Source of the DNA: Octopus vulgaris
Lineage: Eukaryota
Assembly (NCBI GenBank): GCA_951406725.2
Contig: OX597822.1
Span: forward strand, 89,652,001-89,716,000
Direction of reading: 5' to 3'
DNA: 64,000 nucleotides
Positions within the stretch are counted from its first letter, which is position 1. Every line of letters begins with the position of its first letter. The notes beneath the pieces were generated by a model. The model did no database searches. It was not told the origin of the DNA and saw nothing but the letters and a program-made list of their open reading frames with translations. This document shows, in pieces, positions 1 through 13,938 of this stretch. Both the position numbers and the translations under genes were made by a program.

Positions 1-999
1 GAGAAGTAACAAATATTTAATCCTGTATGTTCTCATACACATTCAATTTAAAGGTGCATACTTCATGTATATGTATTAATATATGTGCACACATAACAAC
101 ATAATGTTATACTGAAGAGAACTTTTCCTCAGAAAAGTTTCAGGACTGTACATATTGATTTCTAACATACAAGGTGAAAGCAACTCAATTTACAAGATTA
201 GCAGGATGAAAAAAATTCTTATGTAACCAAAGAACTTTTTATAAGTATGTGTGTGTGTACACAAACACACACACATGAGCGCTCAAAGAGGCAGCCAGTA
301 AATTAGAGGCTAAGAGTTCTACTTGAAGCATCTGATGAATGAGGAGATAAAATGTAGAGGAAAACTGGGAGTTTCTACTGGATAACTTGCTAAAGACCAT
401 GGACCAGATGTGTAGTCAGAGCAAGGATTCAGTTTGTGGCACAGCTGGAGTTAATGTCTGCTCCAGGTGATACTTTTATAAGAATGGCACTTTTGGGTCT
501 GCTGTATATACCTATGTAGAGGGCAGGAAGAGGCATCAAACTCAATGGGTATCCTGGGCTGACCACACTCTAGCTTTATCACTGGCCTCAGACAGACAAA
601 ATGTGGCATAGTGGTAGGATAGTATTGTTCATAAGGTTATAAATGATGAGACAAGCTTTGGCAAACTGGATGAAAGGAGATGACAGGAGTAAAAGTTTGA
701 CATCAGGTAGAATTGCACATGCTTTTTTGGTGCACAGATCAGATTTGCAAGGTGTTCAAAATAGCAAGATAGTGTACTAGAGACAATTAAGCTCTCATCA
801 GAGAGTAGTTTAATCACACACTGACACTGAAAAGAAAGAGGTGTGAAACTGCATGTGACAATTGCATGGGAGAGCCAGAGTTTACCCCAAGTAGACCAAA
901 GAGAGTGAATTGACCATTCAGGTTGACAGTAGTATGGTAGATAAGGCAGGTAAGGATGTGATGGCAAGGAAAGCATCTAGCCCATAGAAAATAGTTGCT

Positions 1000-1730
1000 G
1001 AGATCCTTAAAATATTAAGTGAGGTAGGCTATGGTTTAATCACCTGAATAGTCAGTCAGGTAATACCAGTGACTGTTGTAGCAGCATTATTGCAAACTGT
1101 TATAAAATCAGAGATACTCTGGACAGATGAAATTACAGAGACATCAAACTGTTGGACCAGGTCATAAAAGTTACAGAAAGAGTTTTCAAAATTGATTTGG
1201 AACAGGATTAGCCAAGATGAGATACTGCTTAGTTTATCTTCATAGTGAGACAGCTGCAAGAAAAAGACTTAGCTAGAAGTAATAAGTAATCCTCTGTACC
1301 TGGTATTTGTTGATGTGGAGAAGGCTTTAAACAGGGTGCCTTGCTTTGTCATCTGGTGGGCACTTGGGAGTTAAGGGTAGATGAATGACTAGGGAGGGAT
1401 GTACAAGATATGTACATAGATGCAGCCAGCAAGGTGAGAGTTAATGAGTTCAGTAATGAATTTAGTATGCAGGTAGGGTTCCATCAGAGTTCAGTCCTCA
1501 GACCTTTCTTTTTTATTATAATCCTCCAAGTCATAACAGAGGAGTTCAAAAGTGGATGTCCCTGGGAACTTCTGTATGCTAATGACCTTGTTTTACAGTG
1601 AAATCTGTGGAGGATTTGAAGAAGAAATTCCAAACATGGTAGCAAAACCTGGAATTGAGGCATCTTAAGGTAAACTTAACCAAGACTAAAGCTATACGTA
1701 GAAAATAAGGAAAAACTGATGCCATTAGGA
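1000..1730 (+). mobile_element. Degenerate RTE-clade LINE fragment (RT region)
   Basis: Frameshifted RT motifs NYR.IKLLDQV, LYLVFVDVEKA, QVGFHQSSVLRP, WELLYAND; clearly homologous to the younger copy at 40724-42981. Confidence 0.85.
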
Positions 1731-2118
1731 AAATCACCCCTACCACTTCATCCCTCCCTTTCTCACTAACACCTGATACTAATCTTTGACTCCTTTCCCC
1801 TTTTCTTTCCATACACTTTCTTCTCTGTTTCTCTCTTTGCTATGATGCTGTCCCAACTATACATTTGTTCCCCTTATAATTTTAGCCTCTCTCTGTGTCC
1901 CCCTCTGTCTTTTATTCTTTTTTTAGTCATAGAAGCCTCTTTGTGACCTTTAGACTTGGACTTGACACAATGACCTCACTAGTGTTGGTGCCACAAAAAA
2001 GAAAAAAAAGCATCCAGTACACTCTGTACAGAATGTTGATAGTTACACAAATCCTTTACATTTCTATAGTTTTCCTTCAAGAAATAATAATTTGCTTACT
2101 TTTCACAATCTCTTTCAG

Positions 2119-2184
2119 AATGACAAATCTCAAGGTTCCATTCAAGTTATTGGTGGTGACCGACTGGAAAATTTAAAAGGCAAA
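2119..2184 (+). CDS. HPRT1: Hypoxanthine-guanine phosphoribosyltransferase, internal exon (equivalent to human exon 4); upstream exons lie outside the window
   Basis: tttcAG acceptor, GTGAGT donor, 66 nt, translates NDKSQGSIQVIGGDRLENLKGK (human [22 protein letters not shown]). Confidence 0.93.
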
Positions 2185-2459
2185 GTGAGTGGATAATTTT
2201 TTTTTTTTTTTTACAGAAAACAACTTTGAATGTAAAAAATTATTTTCATTTCTTCTTTTATCAAAATTATTTCCAGTTAAATTCTGGAAAAGTGGAAACT
2301 TTTTCATGTCACAGATAAGAAGGTAAATAGAAATTTGACAGTGCATTAAATTTTAACAATCAGTGACTCCTAGAACTTCAAGTAATAATGATCTAAGAAA
2401 ATATTCCTGAAAATAAAGGAGGAAATGATGATGCTAAAAGCTAAGATATTAATTAGGTC

Positions 2460-3990
2460 TTTGTAAAACCCCATGTAATTTATGCACTTTTTTTCACAAA
2501 AAAATAAAAACTTTAGCGGGGGCATAAATTACATGAGTAGATCATTTCCAGAATTTTTTTAGAAATTTTTTTGTTGGAAAAGGACTTACAAATGTAAATA
2601 TTCGTATGGGAAGTTGACTCATTTAATGTCAGAATACAGAAAAAATGTAATGAAGTAGTCTTTTATTTATGCTGAGTGGTATAATGCTTACTTTTACTGT
2701 ATAAATTTACTAAAACCATTAAATGGTTAACTACTTTTTGAAGTTTGACATTCATGCTGGTAATCACGGTCTGAGCCATATTTTACATTGCTTAGAGTTT
2801 CTACCCATAGCAACGGAACCCAGCAATTCCTTAAATAGATCAGTTTTTCTCTACTTAGGGAGTCTAGCTTGCATTTGCACCAGGAAGCTATTTGCTTGCT
2901 TTCTCTATGTTACGGCACAATGAAACTTCTCACTGCTGATATCGCCACTATCAGGTCTTACTGCATCTAACATCAACATCATAATTCATCCTTGCGCATG
3001 TAAACTCACTAAGTGAATATGACTTAGCATTCCCACAGAAACCTTCATTTACCTTATACGATGTTTAATGTCATTTCATATTCATGTTGAATTATGCTGC
3101 AATCTTATGTTCTCTTCATAGAACACTTGTAATGTATGTATTAGCAGTTCTTTTGGTATAGCAGATTTTTGCTATTCTTGTTTATGTCTCCTAGTAGAAG
3201 TGTATATTCTAACGAGTCGCTTCTTAAATTTCACACCTCTCTTGTTCAATAAACACTGAGTTAAACTTGCAAAGCTCTTTATTTTGGTTGGTTACCAAAC
3301 TATCAGTTTGGTCTCCCAGCTAAAACAGTAATGACAAATTTTTAAGTTTGTTTGACATTTTATAAGTGTGAAAGGGATTAAAATTTCAATACTCTGTATC
3401 AAAGGTTCCGACAAGAATAGGCAGAAAATCAGAGCTTGAGACAAGACACTTTCGACCAATCAGAATTCTGTTTACATAATCAGTTTGATCAGTCACCTTC
3501 CTGTGTTGATTGAGTAAAGTGTCATCCAAGCTGATGTTTATTGGTAATTAAACTTATTTTGCAACACTTGTGCATATATATCAGCTTTGTCTTCGTTGAT
3601 AAGAATTATCAAAAACTTTTCTTGTGATCGTGATTTGAGATGACATACAGAAGTATGCTAAAGATTGGATATAATCTCTTGTGGGCAAGAAATATAAAAT
3701 AAAGTTTATTATAAACAACACAAACACCTCGCAATTTAATATCTGTCAATGTGATACCTGTTAAGCAGAAATTATTTTTATTTAATGAAAATTTAATAAA
3801 ATCTAATCATAAGTAAGTGAAATTATGCTAAATACAACTAAGACCTTTTCTACCTGGCCATACTGGCAATTCTGAAAACTTTTGGGTGTGAATTTTACGT
3901 GAGTAGAAGCTTTTTTTTTTAACAAATTTTATCTTGAAAATCACCTGCATAAATTACACAGGTGCACAAATTACATGGGTTTTTACAGTA
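2460..3990. mobile_element. Decayed TIR DNA transposon, possibly pogo/Tc2-like
   Basis: ~27-bp inverted termini TGTAAAACCCCATGTAATTTATGCAC / GTGCACAAATTACATGGGTTTTTACAG-TA with subterminal AAATTACA repeats; no intact ORF, so the family call is tentative. Confidence 0.5.
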
Positions 3991-4279
3991 ATTTTAAGTT
4001 AAATATATTTCCCCATTGTTAGATATGTTTAAAGCAGAATATTGGAAACGAATGACAGTGACATTCATTTACAACTATCATGTGCTGTCAAGAAAAAGGA
4101 GACACAAAATCACACACTCTCATGCATGTATGTTCCATACATACAGACATGTGTGTGATAGTGAGTACGTGTATATTTGTCTCTTCTTGTCTTGACATTG
4201 CATGAAGCAAAAGGTAAAAATTTGCAAATGTCCTGTAACATGAGAATCAAAGGTGTGCCAGATAGTGTAGTAGAGATAA

Positions 4280-5580
4280 TTGAGAAATTATTGGTGAGAA
4301 GTATATTCAGAATGATGCTGGCAAGCTCACCATGGATTTAGAAGATGAGAAAATGACATGGAAATGCTATTAGGAGAGGCTAGCTGAATATAAAGAATTC
4401 CTAGGATAAAGCAGGCCTACCTCCTGATGATACAGAGGGACCAGCAGTTCAAGTTTACAGCAATGTGGTAGATAAAGCAATTAAGGATGTGAAGTGTGGG
4501 AAACGTGTGACTCCATCTGGAATATTTGCAGAGATGTTCAAAATATTTGGTGAGTTAGCTAATCCAGTTATATAAGGTGTCATATCCAATAACAGACATT
4601 GCAGTATGGTTGTAAACTGCTACAAAATCAAAGGAGATGCCTTAACGAGAGGAAACAACAGAGGAACCAAACTACTGGGTTAGATTATGAAAGTCATGGA
4701 GAGCGTCATAGCTGAATTGACCCATGATATAAAACTCAGGTGTGATGCCATTTGGCTTTGTGCCCAAAGTAAGTACCACAGGTGCAATCCTCCTTGTGAT
4801 GAAACTGCAAGAGAAATAACTAAATAAGATTAAATCACTATTCCTGGCATTCATTGTCTTTGAGAAAGTACTTGACATGTTGCCATGTTCAGTAATTTGG
4901 TGGTCACTAAAGAAACTAAGTCTAGGGTGAATGGTTTGTGAGGGCTGTACAAGCAATGTGCAAAGATGCAGTAAGTAAGAGTCAACACTTTCAGTGATAA
5001 ATTAACATGAAAATAGGAGTCCATCAACGCTTAGTCTTCAACCCTCTTCTATTCATCACATTCCTACAAGCCATCACAGAGGAGTTTAAAATTGGTTGTC
5101 CATGAGAACTCCTATATGTTGATGATCAAGTTTTCATAGTAGAATCTTCAGTGGAATTAAAGGAGGAAATGGAAGCTAAACCTACAATCATGAGGTCTTA
5201 AGGTAAACTTAGCAGGAAAGAAGACAGGACCCTAGTATCTTCAAGGTCTTGCTTGATATGCAGAAAAAGTGTAGGCATAAACTCCGTACGCTATACTCAA
5301 TATAAGCTATGGACACGTAAGTGGTGTAGTTGAACCACAGGTAGACTAACAGGGAGTGAGTTTTTATCTGTGAAGGATGCACAGGAGCAGTATATACTAT
5401 GAGCAAACTAGAAGTAGATTCTCTTAAATGCATTGATGACTCACTAGGAGTAGATGATAGCTTTTATTTTCTTGGAGACATAATAAGCAGGAGAGATAAT
5501 TACTCCAAAGTATAGTAGCCATGGTAAAAAGAGGCTGGAAAAGTTCAGGAAGCTGCTACCACTAACAACAAGCATCTCAT
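4280..5580 (+). mobile_element. Degenerate RTE-clade LINE fragment
   Basis: Interrupted RT motifs (MPFGFVP, ELLYVDD) and remnant of the Cys-rich insert (CLICRK...FICEGC). Confidence 0.85.
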
Positions 5581-6020
5581 TCAGTTCAATGTTAAATTAA
5601 CATTTTAAAAAAATGAACATTCTCATCTTTTGAACAGTCCTAGTTATGTCAACGGACATGTTTTGATTTTCTTGGACCTTTTCATTGATCAATAGACGGA
5701 GGTTCTTCCATATGTGAGAACAAGAGAGAAATAAAAAAGAAATTTTTAGATATATTTTATTGTATATATTTTCAGATATAAAGATCTATTTTCTTCAACC
5801 CATCATTTTCTGTCATTGACTATTAATATTAACTTTCTTTTGTAAGATGAAAATGTAGCATTTTCTAAAGAAACTGCTTGCATTGCATATGCTTGATATA
5901 AAATCTAATATGTCTTCCTTATTTCCAGTTTCATCTCTATTATTTCTTTCTATATTTGTCATTCAAATATTTCTTACGCTTTAATGGTCATCAGTAGCTT
6001 ATTAAATCTCTATTTCACAG

Positions 6021-6121
6021 TGTGTTCTCGTAGTAGAAGATATTATAGATACTGGTGGAACTATGATCAAACTAAAGGAATTGCTTGCTAAGCATGAACC
6101 AAAGTGTGTTAAAGTAGCCAG
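6021..6121 (+). CDS. HPRT1: HPRT1 exon carrying the PRPP-binding motif
   Basis: cacAG acceptor, GTAAAT donor, 101 nt, CVLVVEDIIDTGGTMIKLKELLAKHEPKCVKVA(S); type I PRTase VEDIIDTG signature. Confidence 0.97.
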
Positions 6122-6196
6122 GTAAATATTTTTATTCTCAAAAGTGCTTTTGTAAATTTTAGTTCATCATTTCAATTTCCTTTTTTAAAACAATTC

Positions 6197-7570
6197 TACT
6201 GATCCCAGAATGAATAGATTATGCAAGTCTGCATGATTTTTGATGTTTAAATGTCTACATAACTTTTTAGGATAATTTTTAATGCTGATTTCAGATATGT
6301 TATTAGTTTTTCTCCATTAGGTCTAGTTTTTCTGTAATGAAGCTTTGATTTTTTTCTGTATTATGGTACCAGAAAATCAGATGACAGTAATTATCTGATT
6401 TATTTTGCTGAACAAAATAGATTACTATAAACCAATGCTCACCTAATATTAGTAAAAGTAAAATAGCAGCCAATCAAACAGTTGTTGGCAACTCTGATGG
6501 ATGATGTGACCTTGAAATGCTGTGTACATGATTGCTAACTGACGCTTTAGTGTTGTTTTAGTAGTTTCAGAAATCAGTTGTGATATTTACGTATAAACTC
6601 CATTTAAAATGTGTACATATAGATGTAAGTGCGTGAACAATCCAGTCATATTCTGCTGCATTTGTGACAGATATGTTGTCATTAAGCAGGGGCAAAATAT
6701 AACTGATCTTGTAACAAGTCTATACTTTGCTTATTTTGGTGTTCAACTCGGTTATGAAAACAAACCTTGGGCTTCACGGAAGGGCTGACACTCTGGAAAG
6801 CTAGTAGAAAAGATGAAATGCCCTTTGGAATACCAATGGCATGGTGAGAGCCAAGTAACCACGCTGTTGATTGTTATTTCTGCATTACTAAAGTTGATAG
6901 GTACAGTGCAAAAAATGAACATAAGATAGTGTATCGTAGTATTCCCTTGGTTATACGGCCTTTTGCACATGGGGTTATCATTCGAGTTCCTGTCCACACA
7001 TTTGCTTTGAAGAATGTTACATCAGATTGTGATGAAGAAGATAAATGTGAAGGTGATGACTACACTCCTGACAAAGTCAAAAGTTATTTACAAAGGAAGG
7101 GCTCACTGGTTTGGTGAGAGATTTGAACCTACCGAAGGATGCAGTGGAACTTCTTGGTTCTAGGCTAACAACGAAAAAGCTTTTGTTACTGGGGAACCTT
7201 CTCTTGGTACCATCACAGGAAACACGTGTTGTTACCATTCTTTGCTGAGGATGAATCTGGTGTTTTGCCGTAATATTCCAAACCTGCTAAACTATTTTGA
7301 GATTGAAAGCAATCCCTTAGAACAGAGGCTATTCATTGATTCCTCCAAAAAGCGTTTGAAGGCTGTCTTGATAAACAATGGAAATAAGTCTTTGTCCATT
7401 CCAGTGGCACATTCTGTACAACTAAAGGAGACATATAAAATAAACTTTTGTAAAAATATAAAGTATGCAGAATACCGCTGGCAAGTGTGCAGAAATTTCA
7501 AAATTATAGGCATGCTTTTAGGCCAGCAGGCAGGCTACACAAAATTGTTTCTTATGTGAATGGGACTTGT
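6197..7570 (+). mobile_element. Decayed DNA transposon with transposase remnant, Chapaev3-like (CMC superfamily; family assignment from memory)
   Basis: Broken motifs CVNNPVIFCCICD, MPFGIPMAW*EPSNHAVDCYFC, RLFIDSSKKRLKAVLINNGN, IPVAHSVQLKETY, IGMLLGQQAGYTK; truncated at 3' end. Confidence 0.6.
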
Positions 7571-7679
7571 GATTTGTCTGTTTTCCTACTTACTAGAACT
7601 TCAGTTTTTGCTAATTTAGCTCTAAGGCCCTTAGATGTCAGGCCTTGTTACCACACCTGAAATTTATTCTCTAGGTCAG

Positions 7680-7850
7680 GTAGTGATTCAGCAATAAGAA
7701 CAAGATCATCAGTATAGGGGAACTCTCAGGGACAACTGGTTTTGAATTCTTTTAAGGCTGGAGGACTAAGATAAACCAGAGGGGCTTAGAACTGAGTCTT
7801 GGTGAACTCCTACCTGCACATTGAATTCATTGCTATACTCATTGGGTTTC
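7680..7850 (-). mobile_element. Short RTE LINE fragment
   Basis: NEYSNEFNVQVGVHQDSVLSP and downstream YTDD-like motif on minus strand. Confidence 0.75.
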
Positions 7851-9054
7851 TTTTTATTGTGTTTCCTTAATTTCTTAACATGTTGCATAAAACTTTCTTT
7901 TTTTAACATATACAAAATATTAATTTTTAAAACCTGAAGACTAGAATTGCTACAGCCTAATCCTTTTTTTATTTTCAGCTTATATTCAGTTAACACAACT
8001 TCAATAGCTCTAGTGAAACATACAAGCATGAAAGTATCATCCAATAGTGATTTGACGATGTTGTCTCTTGTAACATTATCAAATGTAAGAAAAGTAATGT
8101 CAACAACTCAGAGCTATAGCCTCCATAAGTGCTCAGGTTCAATATGACTCCCTATAACCTTTTGTGGCAAACCTATATAATGCACTTAAAAAAAGATGTT
8201 TATTCTCACCTAAACCCCATAAATTCTATCCCCTCTTGTATTTTTCTAAGCTAGTAAGACTGGGATGCTTTTACATTTTGCTGGTGCAATCATTTTTACA
8301 GTTGAGTGCATTTATTTCCACTACTCAGCTGACAATAGGATAGTAACAAAAGCAATGGTTGAACTAATCTTTGATGAAAAGCATTTTTATGACTTTTATC
8401 TTTTTTTTTTCCACACGGTATGTTCAGTGTGTCCTTCTTGTTTGAAAATAGTAAGGAATGATTTTAGGGTGATTTGCCTGCTATTTTTAGCAACTCAAGT
8501 ATCTATTAAGGTTCCCAAATTGGTTGTACAATCGGTTGTTAGTTGAATAAACTGGAACTCAATGAATTTGTACTTTGACCAAGGGTCAAATATAGTGCAT
8601 CTATGTTCATTTTAATCACAGATGTATTTGTCTTTGAGAATTTGGATAATGATATATCTTCTTTAAATCATTTTGTATACTTGTATAATATACCTTTCCT
8701 TGACATTGGGTCTCCAGCTTCCTAACAAAAGCAATGATTCCTATGTCTGTCTAGTTGTGAATGACTATTTCTAACTGAAACATTACATTGCTTGCTCTGT
8801 ATAGATAGCTTTTGCAAATGAAATAAAAAGATTCTAATAAACTTCTTCTGTTCCCGTCAACAAATTTATTGAACAACTTAAAGCTGTTCAATAAATCTTT
8901 TCACAAATAGACAGTTAAGATGCCATCAATTTAAACTTGTTTACATTGGAACTTAATTTAAACTTTAATTTCTTTATTCTGAATTTGTTAAATGACTGAT
9001 CATAGCAATTCTTTCTTTCTTTTTTTTCTTTTTTGTGTGTGTTAATACTTCTAG

Positions 9055-9101
9055 CTTGTTGGTGAAGCGAAGTGCTCGCAATTGTGGATATAAACCTGAC
9101 T
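9055..9101 (+). CDS. HPRT1: HPRT1 exon (equivalent to human exon 7)
   Basis: ctAG acceptor, GTGAGT donor, 47 nt, (S)LLVKRSARNCGYKPD; phase matches neighbours. Confidence 0.95.
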
Positions 9102-9799
9102 GTGAGTAATTCACCCCATTATCTTTTGTAATGAATTTTTTTGATAGTCAGTAAAAATCACTTTCTTCTAACCTGACTTCAAGTTAGCAAGAGAAGGAGC
9201 TCAGACTATAAAAGACTATTAATGTGATTTAGCATAGTTAATTGAAGTAAGTAGGAATGTGTTTGATTAGATTTATAAAATGATATAATGTTGAAAAATA
9301 GACTGTTTGTCTGAAATTAAATTTACTATTTAATAATGAAGTGGAAGTTGTCTGATACTTTGGCTTCAAATTTATGGTGCTTAATAATTCAATAGGCCTA
9401 AGTTTTCAAAAATGCCAAATTTCATAGGAAAGAGTTTTTGATGATTGTTTAAATTCAAGCAATTAATCTAAGTTTATATCTCTGAATTGAAACTTAGCTT
9501 CAGACTAATGTGCATGGACTGTAAATATTTGTAAATTATGAGATTTAGTAAAGTAAATTTCTCTTCTCTTTCATGTTCACAATGGAAGAAGAATGATTTC
9601 TCTTTAATTATTTAGTTAGAGATAATTATAAATGAAATACTATCATTTTTTTTCAGTGTTTATATTTTCATTGTTTTGTTATATTAGTGATAATTGCAAA
9701 GATTAATCCCCATCCTCATTTTTTGTTTTCTTTACATCAGGTTATACAGTATCCATATGAAATGTGTTTTATTTATTTATTTGTAATTATGTCTTACAG

Positions 9800-9876
9800 T
9801 TACAGGCTTTGAAATCCCTGATGAGTTTGTAGTTGGATATGCTCTTGATTATAATGAGCATTTTAGAGATTTGAGT
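9800..9876 (+). CDS. HPRT1: HPRT1 exon (equivalent to human exon 8)
   Basis: tacAG acceptor, GTAAGT donor, 77 nt, (F)[25 protein letters not shown]. Confidence 0.97.
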
Positions 9877-12045
9877 GTAAGTATTTCTAATATATTAATA
9901 GTTCAGTCATTCTGCATTCTATTCTGCTTTTGAAAATTTTTAAATATTGAAATCAATATGGATTATTTTTCTACTGCAGTGAAAAGAAATATGCATTTGT
10001 ATGTTTGTGTGAGAGAGAATAAAAATTCTATTTTACATCTTTTAGTTTGACAAAGTCTTTTTTTGACAGGGTCCACACTCTTTTATGTTCAAAATTGTCT
10101 GTGAGAATTGATAATATAGTGTGGTTCTTCCCATAAATAATTTAAGTTTCTGTATGAATATATTGCCAGATTTACATTGACAGAGGTGGTTATGTTGATG
10201 AGGGCTACTAATATATAATACTGACCAACATTGAAAACAAACTAGCAGAATGGAGGATTGTTTCATCAGAATAGGTATGGGAGGAATTAGTGATTTGTTA
10301 TGAAGGATCAGCTAATGATAAATTTTGAATTCAAGTGTTGTAATCCAGAAAAGGAATTTGTTGAGGGAGTTTGTGTACTACCTTTTATGTAAAGTATATG
10401 ACTATTTATGTGTCGTGTAAGAGAAGGTGAAATTCAAAGATAAGTTAATAAAGGGAAGAAGGGTAATATTTATGCCCTTTGCAAATCCTCCCAAACAAGT
10501 AAGAATGATGCAATTGATGTTTGATTTGATTTGTAGGTCAATGTTCAAGAGAATTGTAGTTCTGGAGAAGGACCGCATGTGTGTTTGTATGGGGAAAGTG
10601 AGGCAGTTAGATACTCACACTTATCTCTGATCTCCATAAAGACACCCTCTAATCTCAATTTTATTAAATTACAACTGTCTCTACACTTATGACATCCTAT
10701 CACCAGTATTCAGTCATGACTACCTACGCTGACAGCCAATTAATTATTACTGGCAACAAATGGCCTTCACCCTTTGACAAATAGTAAGCAGGTAATCAAA
10801 ACCATATTCTGAGGTATGACTCTCATACACCTCACATAACCAAAGCTTATCACTCAAATCCCAAACTAGTTTACTTAGATACACTGTAACAGTACACATT
10901 GGTAGAAGGGATGTGTGACTTTTTTTTCAAAGTATTGAAAAAATGTCTCACCTCTGCCAAATGCCTCTTATTTATTATCACAACTCCTGAAAAAATACCA
11001 TTCAAAGGCATCTTTTACTTTACCCTTCATAAAACAAAAATAGTCTTCATGCATTGCACTGCCTGCAAGTTCTCCCTGCACTAAAATAGTAACTGGACCA
11101 TTTGATGCCTTACCAAAAGAATCTACCAATGTTGCACACAGCAAAACATCCGTTCACAACAAGGAAAAGCTAAGGGAAATATTCATTGGCAACAATCAAC
11201 AAATTTATTACTTGATGGTCCTTAAAAATCAATTTGTATGCAGTCAAAAGAGTGCATACATCTGATGAACTGATGTGGGTTTTGAATAATAGTATCAGGG
11301 GACTCTGTAAATGTATTGCATGTCATCCACTAAAATGAAAGATTTAGAAACAAAATGTGCCAATCAACTTTGTCATGCTAAGCTAGCAGAGAATTGGGGA
11401 ATTTTAAAAGATATGTAACAGAATAGTATGAGTTCTGATCTTCTGTATGATACTTTCTCATTGATTTCTGATCAGTTATTAAGGGAAATCGTCTGCCTAA
11501 CAAAAAGTAGTGTCACCTTTTGATAACCTCAGATATTTCATAAGCCTTTTTCTCTACCTTACAATGCTTTTTCTCAAGGGAACTGTATCAAGAAAAGAAT
11601 GCTACAGGCCTGCCATCTTGATTAACTGTAGTTCTAATGGCAGCCTCTGAAATGACTATTTTTAAGTCATTAATAAGAGGTTATATTTTTTTTCAGAAAA
11701 GTGAGAAACTCATTGGGAAAAATAAGCAAACACAAGTTATTTGAGATAAGGATTGTTTATTAGCAGGTTCAGGCATGGTTTTTTTTTTTCAGCTGACTTA
11801 AATAGGAGTGACTTGTGACACAATTCAACATGGCTAATTTGATAACTTAGAATGCAGACAGATTTAATTGATAATTTACATTCATTGTTGTTCACTGACA
11901 TGAATTCTGTCATCAACTTTCTCTGATTTAGATAGCTTCTTTTTTTTTTTTTTAATTATGTTCCTCTGTGGTATTACCATGTACCCTAAGTCTGGCTGCA
12001 TCCGAAAAATTATATATTATGAAACAAAAATAAACACAAAATTTA

Positions 12046-12243
12046 TTACACGAATCTGTTACCACCACGACAGTCAATTATTTGACGCCGAACATGAGTT
12101 TGATGTTGAATACATCCACGAATTTTCCGCTCAGATAGCTCTTCCCAAGACTGCAAGACGGCTTTGTGCAATTCATGCCTCATTGTAGGGTTTTTCAGTT
12201 CAACTTTATCGGCCAAAGTTAATAATGATTCTGCTAATTCCAC
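12046..12243 (-). mobile_element. Possible Tc1/mariner transposase C-terminal remnant
   Basis: ELHKAVLQSWEELSERKIRGCI...RRQIIDCRGG resembles the L..A...W..I...R...I...GG transposase tail; no TIRs identified. Confidence 0.35.
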
Positions 12244-13884
12244 GTGTAAACATGTGTTGAATAGAACTCACTGAATAAATCTTAATTAACTGTGTTGTCA
12301 ATTGTATGCATCTGACATATGCTAACGTGTATGCAGCCAGACTTTTCACACATATTGCTGTATATGTTTTCCAACTCATTTCCACAAATATCATTATCTA
12401 CAATTCAGTGGAAACACAATGCTACTTATTTGTACGATTGAAATAAAGAATTAATGCCATAATAGCATGTGCCACATTAATCAATAATAACTTTCTTGTA
12501 AAATGTTTTGTTAACCAAGTCATCTGAGTAAGGTGAGTTTATTAATAGTTTAGGAGTAATCTACTACTTTCCTTTTGCTGTTACTGTTAACAAATGACTT
12601 GGCTTAATAATGTCTTCTCTGAACATTCTGTTTATTTCTGATCAAATAAAATTGGCATCAGATAATTTAAATTTCCAGGTTTAATATCTGGTGAAAGGGT
12701 AGAGATAAATCTGGGTAGATCAATTTTAAGTGAGTCCAGATCTCCAATTCCATTTTTTGGTGGGGGCATCAAATTGAATTTTGGTATTCTTTCTCATCAC
12801 TTGCTGAGTGTGGAAGAAGGAGCAGAACCTGCGACTTAGGCAGGCCCTCCAAGAGAGGTGAGATTGATGCCATTAATATTCCATTTGAGCTATTGCAGGT
12901 CAACATCTGCAAGACGACAGTTAGTGTAAGGAAAGGGGAGTTGGATGCACCAAGAGTGAAAATAGGTGGAGAAGCAAGTGGATTTTTGTAGGGCCACTGA
13001 ACTGATTGGTACTCCATTACAAAAGGACACACTTAAGCCTCTGGTACACACCTATGTACCCAGTTGGGTGGCCCTTCTCTGGATGTGATCTAGGGTGTTA
13101 GCTGTTGGAGGATGAAATATTTTCTGAACCTAAAAAGAAAAGCTTGTCACTTGTTCTTAGCTATGCTAAGTATGTGTTTCATCAGAAGAAATTTTCTGTA
13201 ATGATGAGCTCAGCATTTGGATTGATTATAAGGGCTCTAGTTGAGTGCCACTTGTAATTATAGGAGTGTAATATGGTAGTGTTTTCTTGATATAAATGTT
13301 TGCTCAGAAAAGAAATATCAAAAATAGCCTCTAAGCTGCGGTTGTGTAGCACATACAAGTGTTTGCCAGACAGGCAAGCTTTTACTTCTAAGTTTTGTTC
13401 ACAATATTTCTTGGTGTAGTCAATCAGTATAATATCATTTTTTAGCCAACAACCTTAGAGCATGCGCAATTAGTTTACAGATGAAATTTTTTAAACTGTG
13501 TGTCAAGGAGTTCTTTTAGAGAAGTTCTGTGAACTTCTAAGTCAATGTTAAAATTTTAAATTAGTTTTCTAATTAGAACCTTTTGTGTTTAATAAATGTG
13601 TGCTGCAAATATTTCTATTCTGTCCTTCAGCAGATGAAAATGAAATAAAAAAAAAAAACTTTTCAAAATTGGTTGAATTTATTTATTCATTGTAATTAGA
13701 ATTATTCTGTTAAATTCTTAGCTTATACTGCATGTTCTTTTGTTGAATATCATATTTCATTGTACCACTAAAATCTGATACTTTTATTAACAATAAAAGA
13801 TGTTTTTACTTTATATTGTTTTGAATATTATATTAAAAATATGCTGAATTAAACATTCATATATATTATATTTTATATTTATAG

Positions 13885-13938
13885 CATATTTGTGTGATTA
13901 ATGAAAATGGAAAGAAAAAATATGCTGTGGCATCCTAA
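13885..13938 (+). CDS. HPRT1: HPRT1 last coding exon
   Basis: atAG acceptor, HICVINENGKKKYAVAS* (human HVCVISETGKAKYKA*); AATAAA signals follow (e.g. 14082, 14380). Confidence 0.95.
   Translation, partial: HICVINENGKKKYAVAS

Noticed and set aside
10620-11420. Possible very old Penelope remnant in HPRT1 intron
   Set aside because: Only faint motif traces; too degenerate to call by eye
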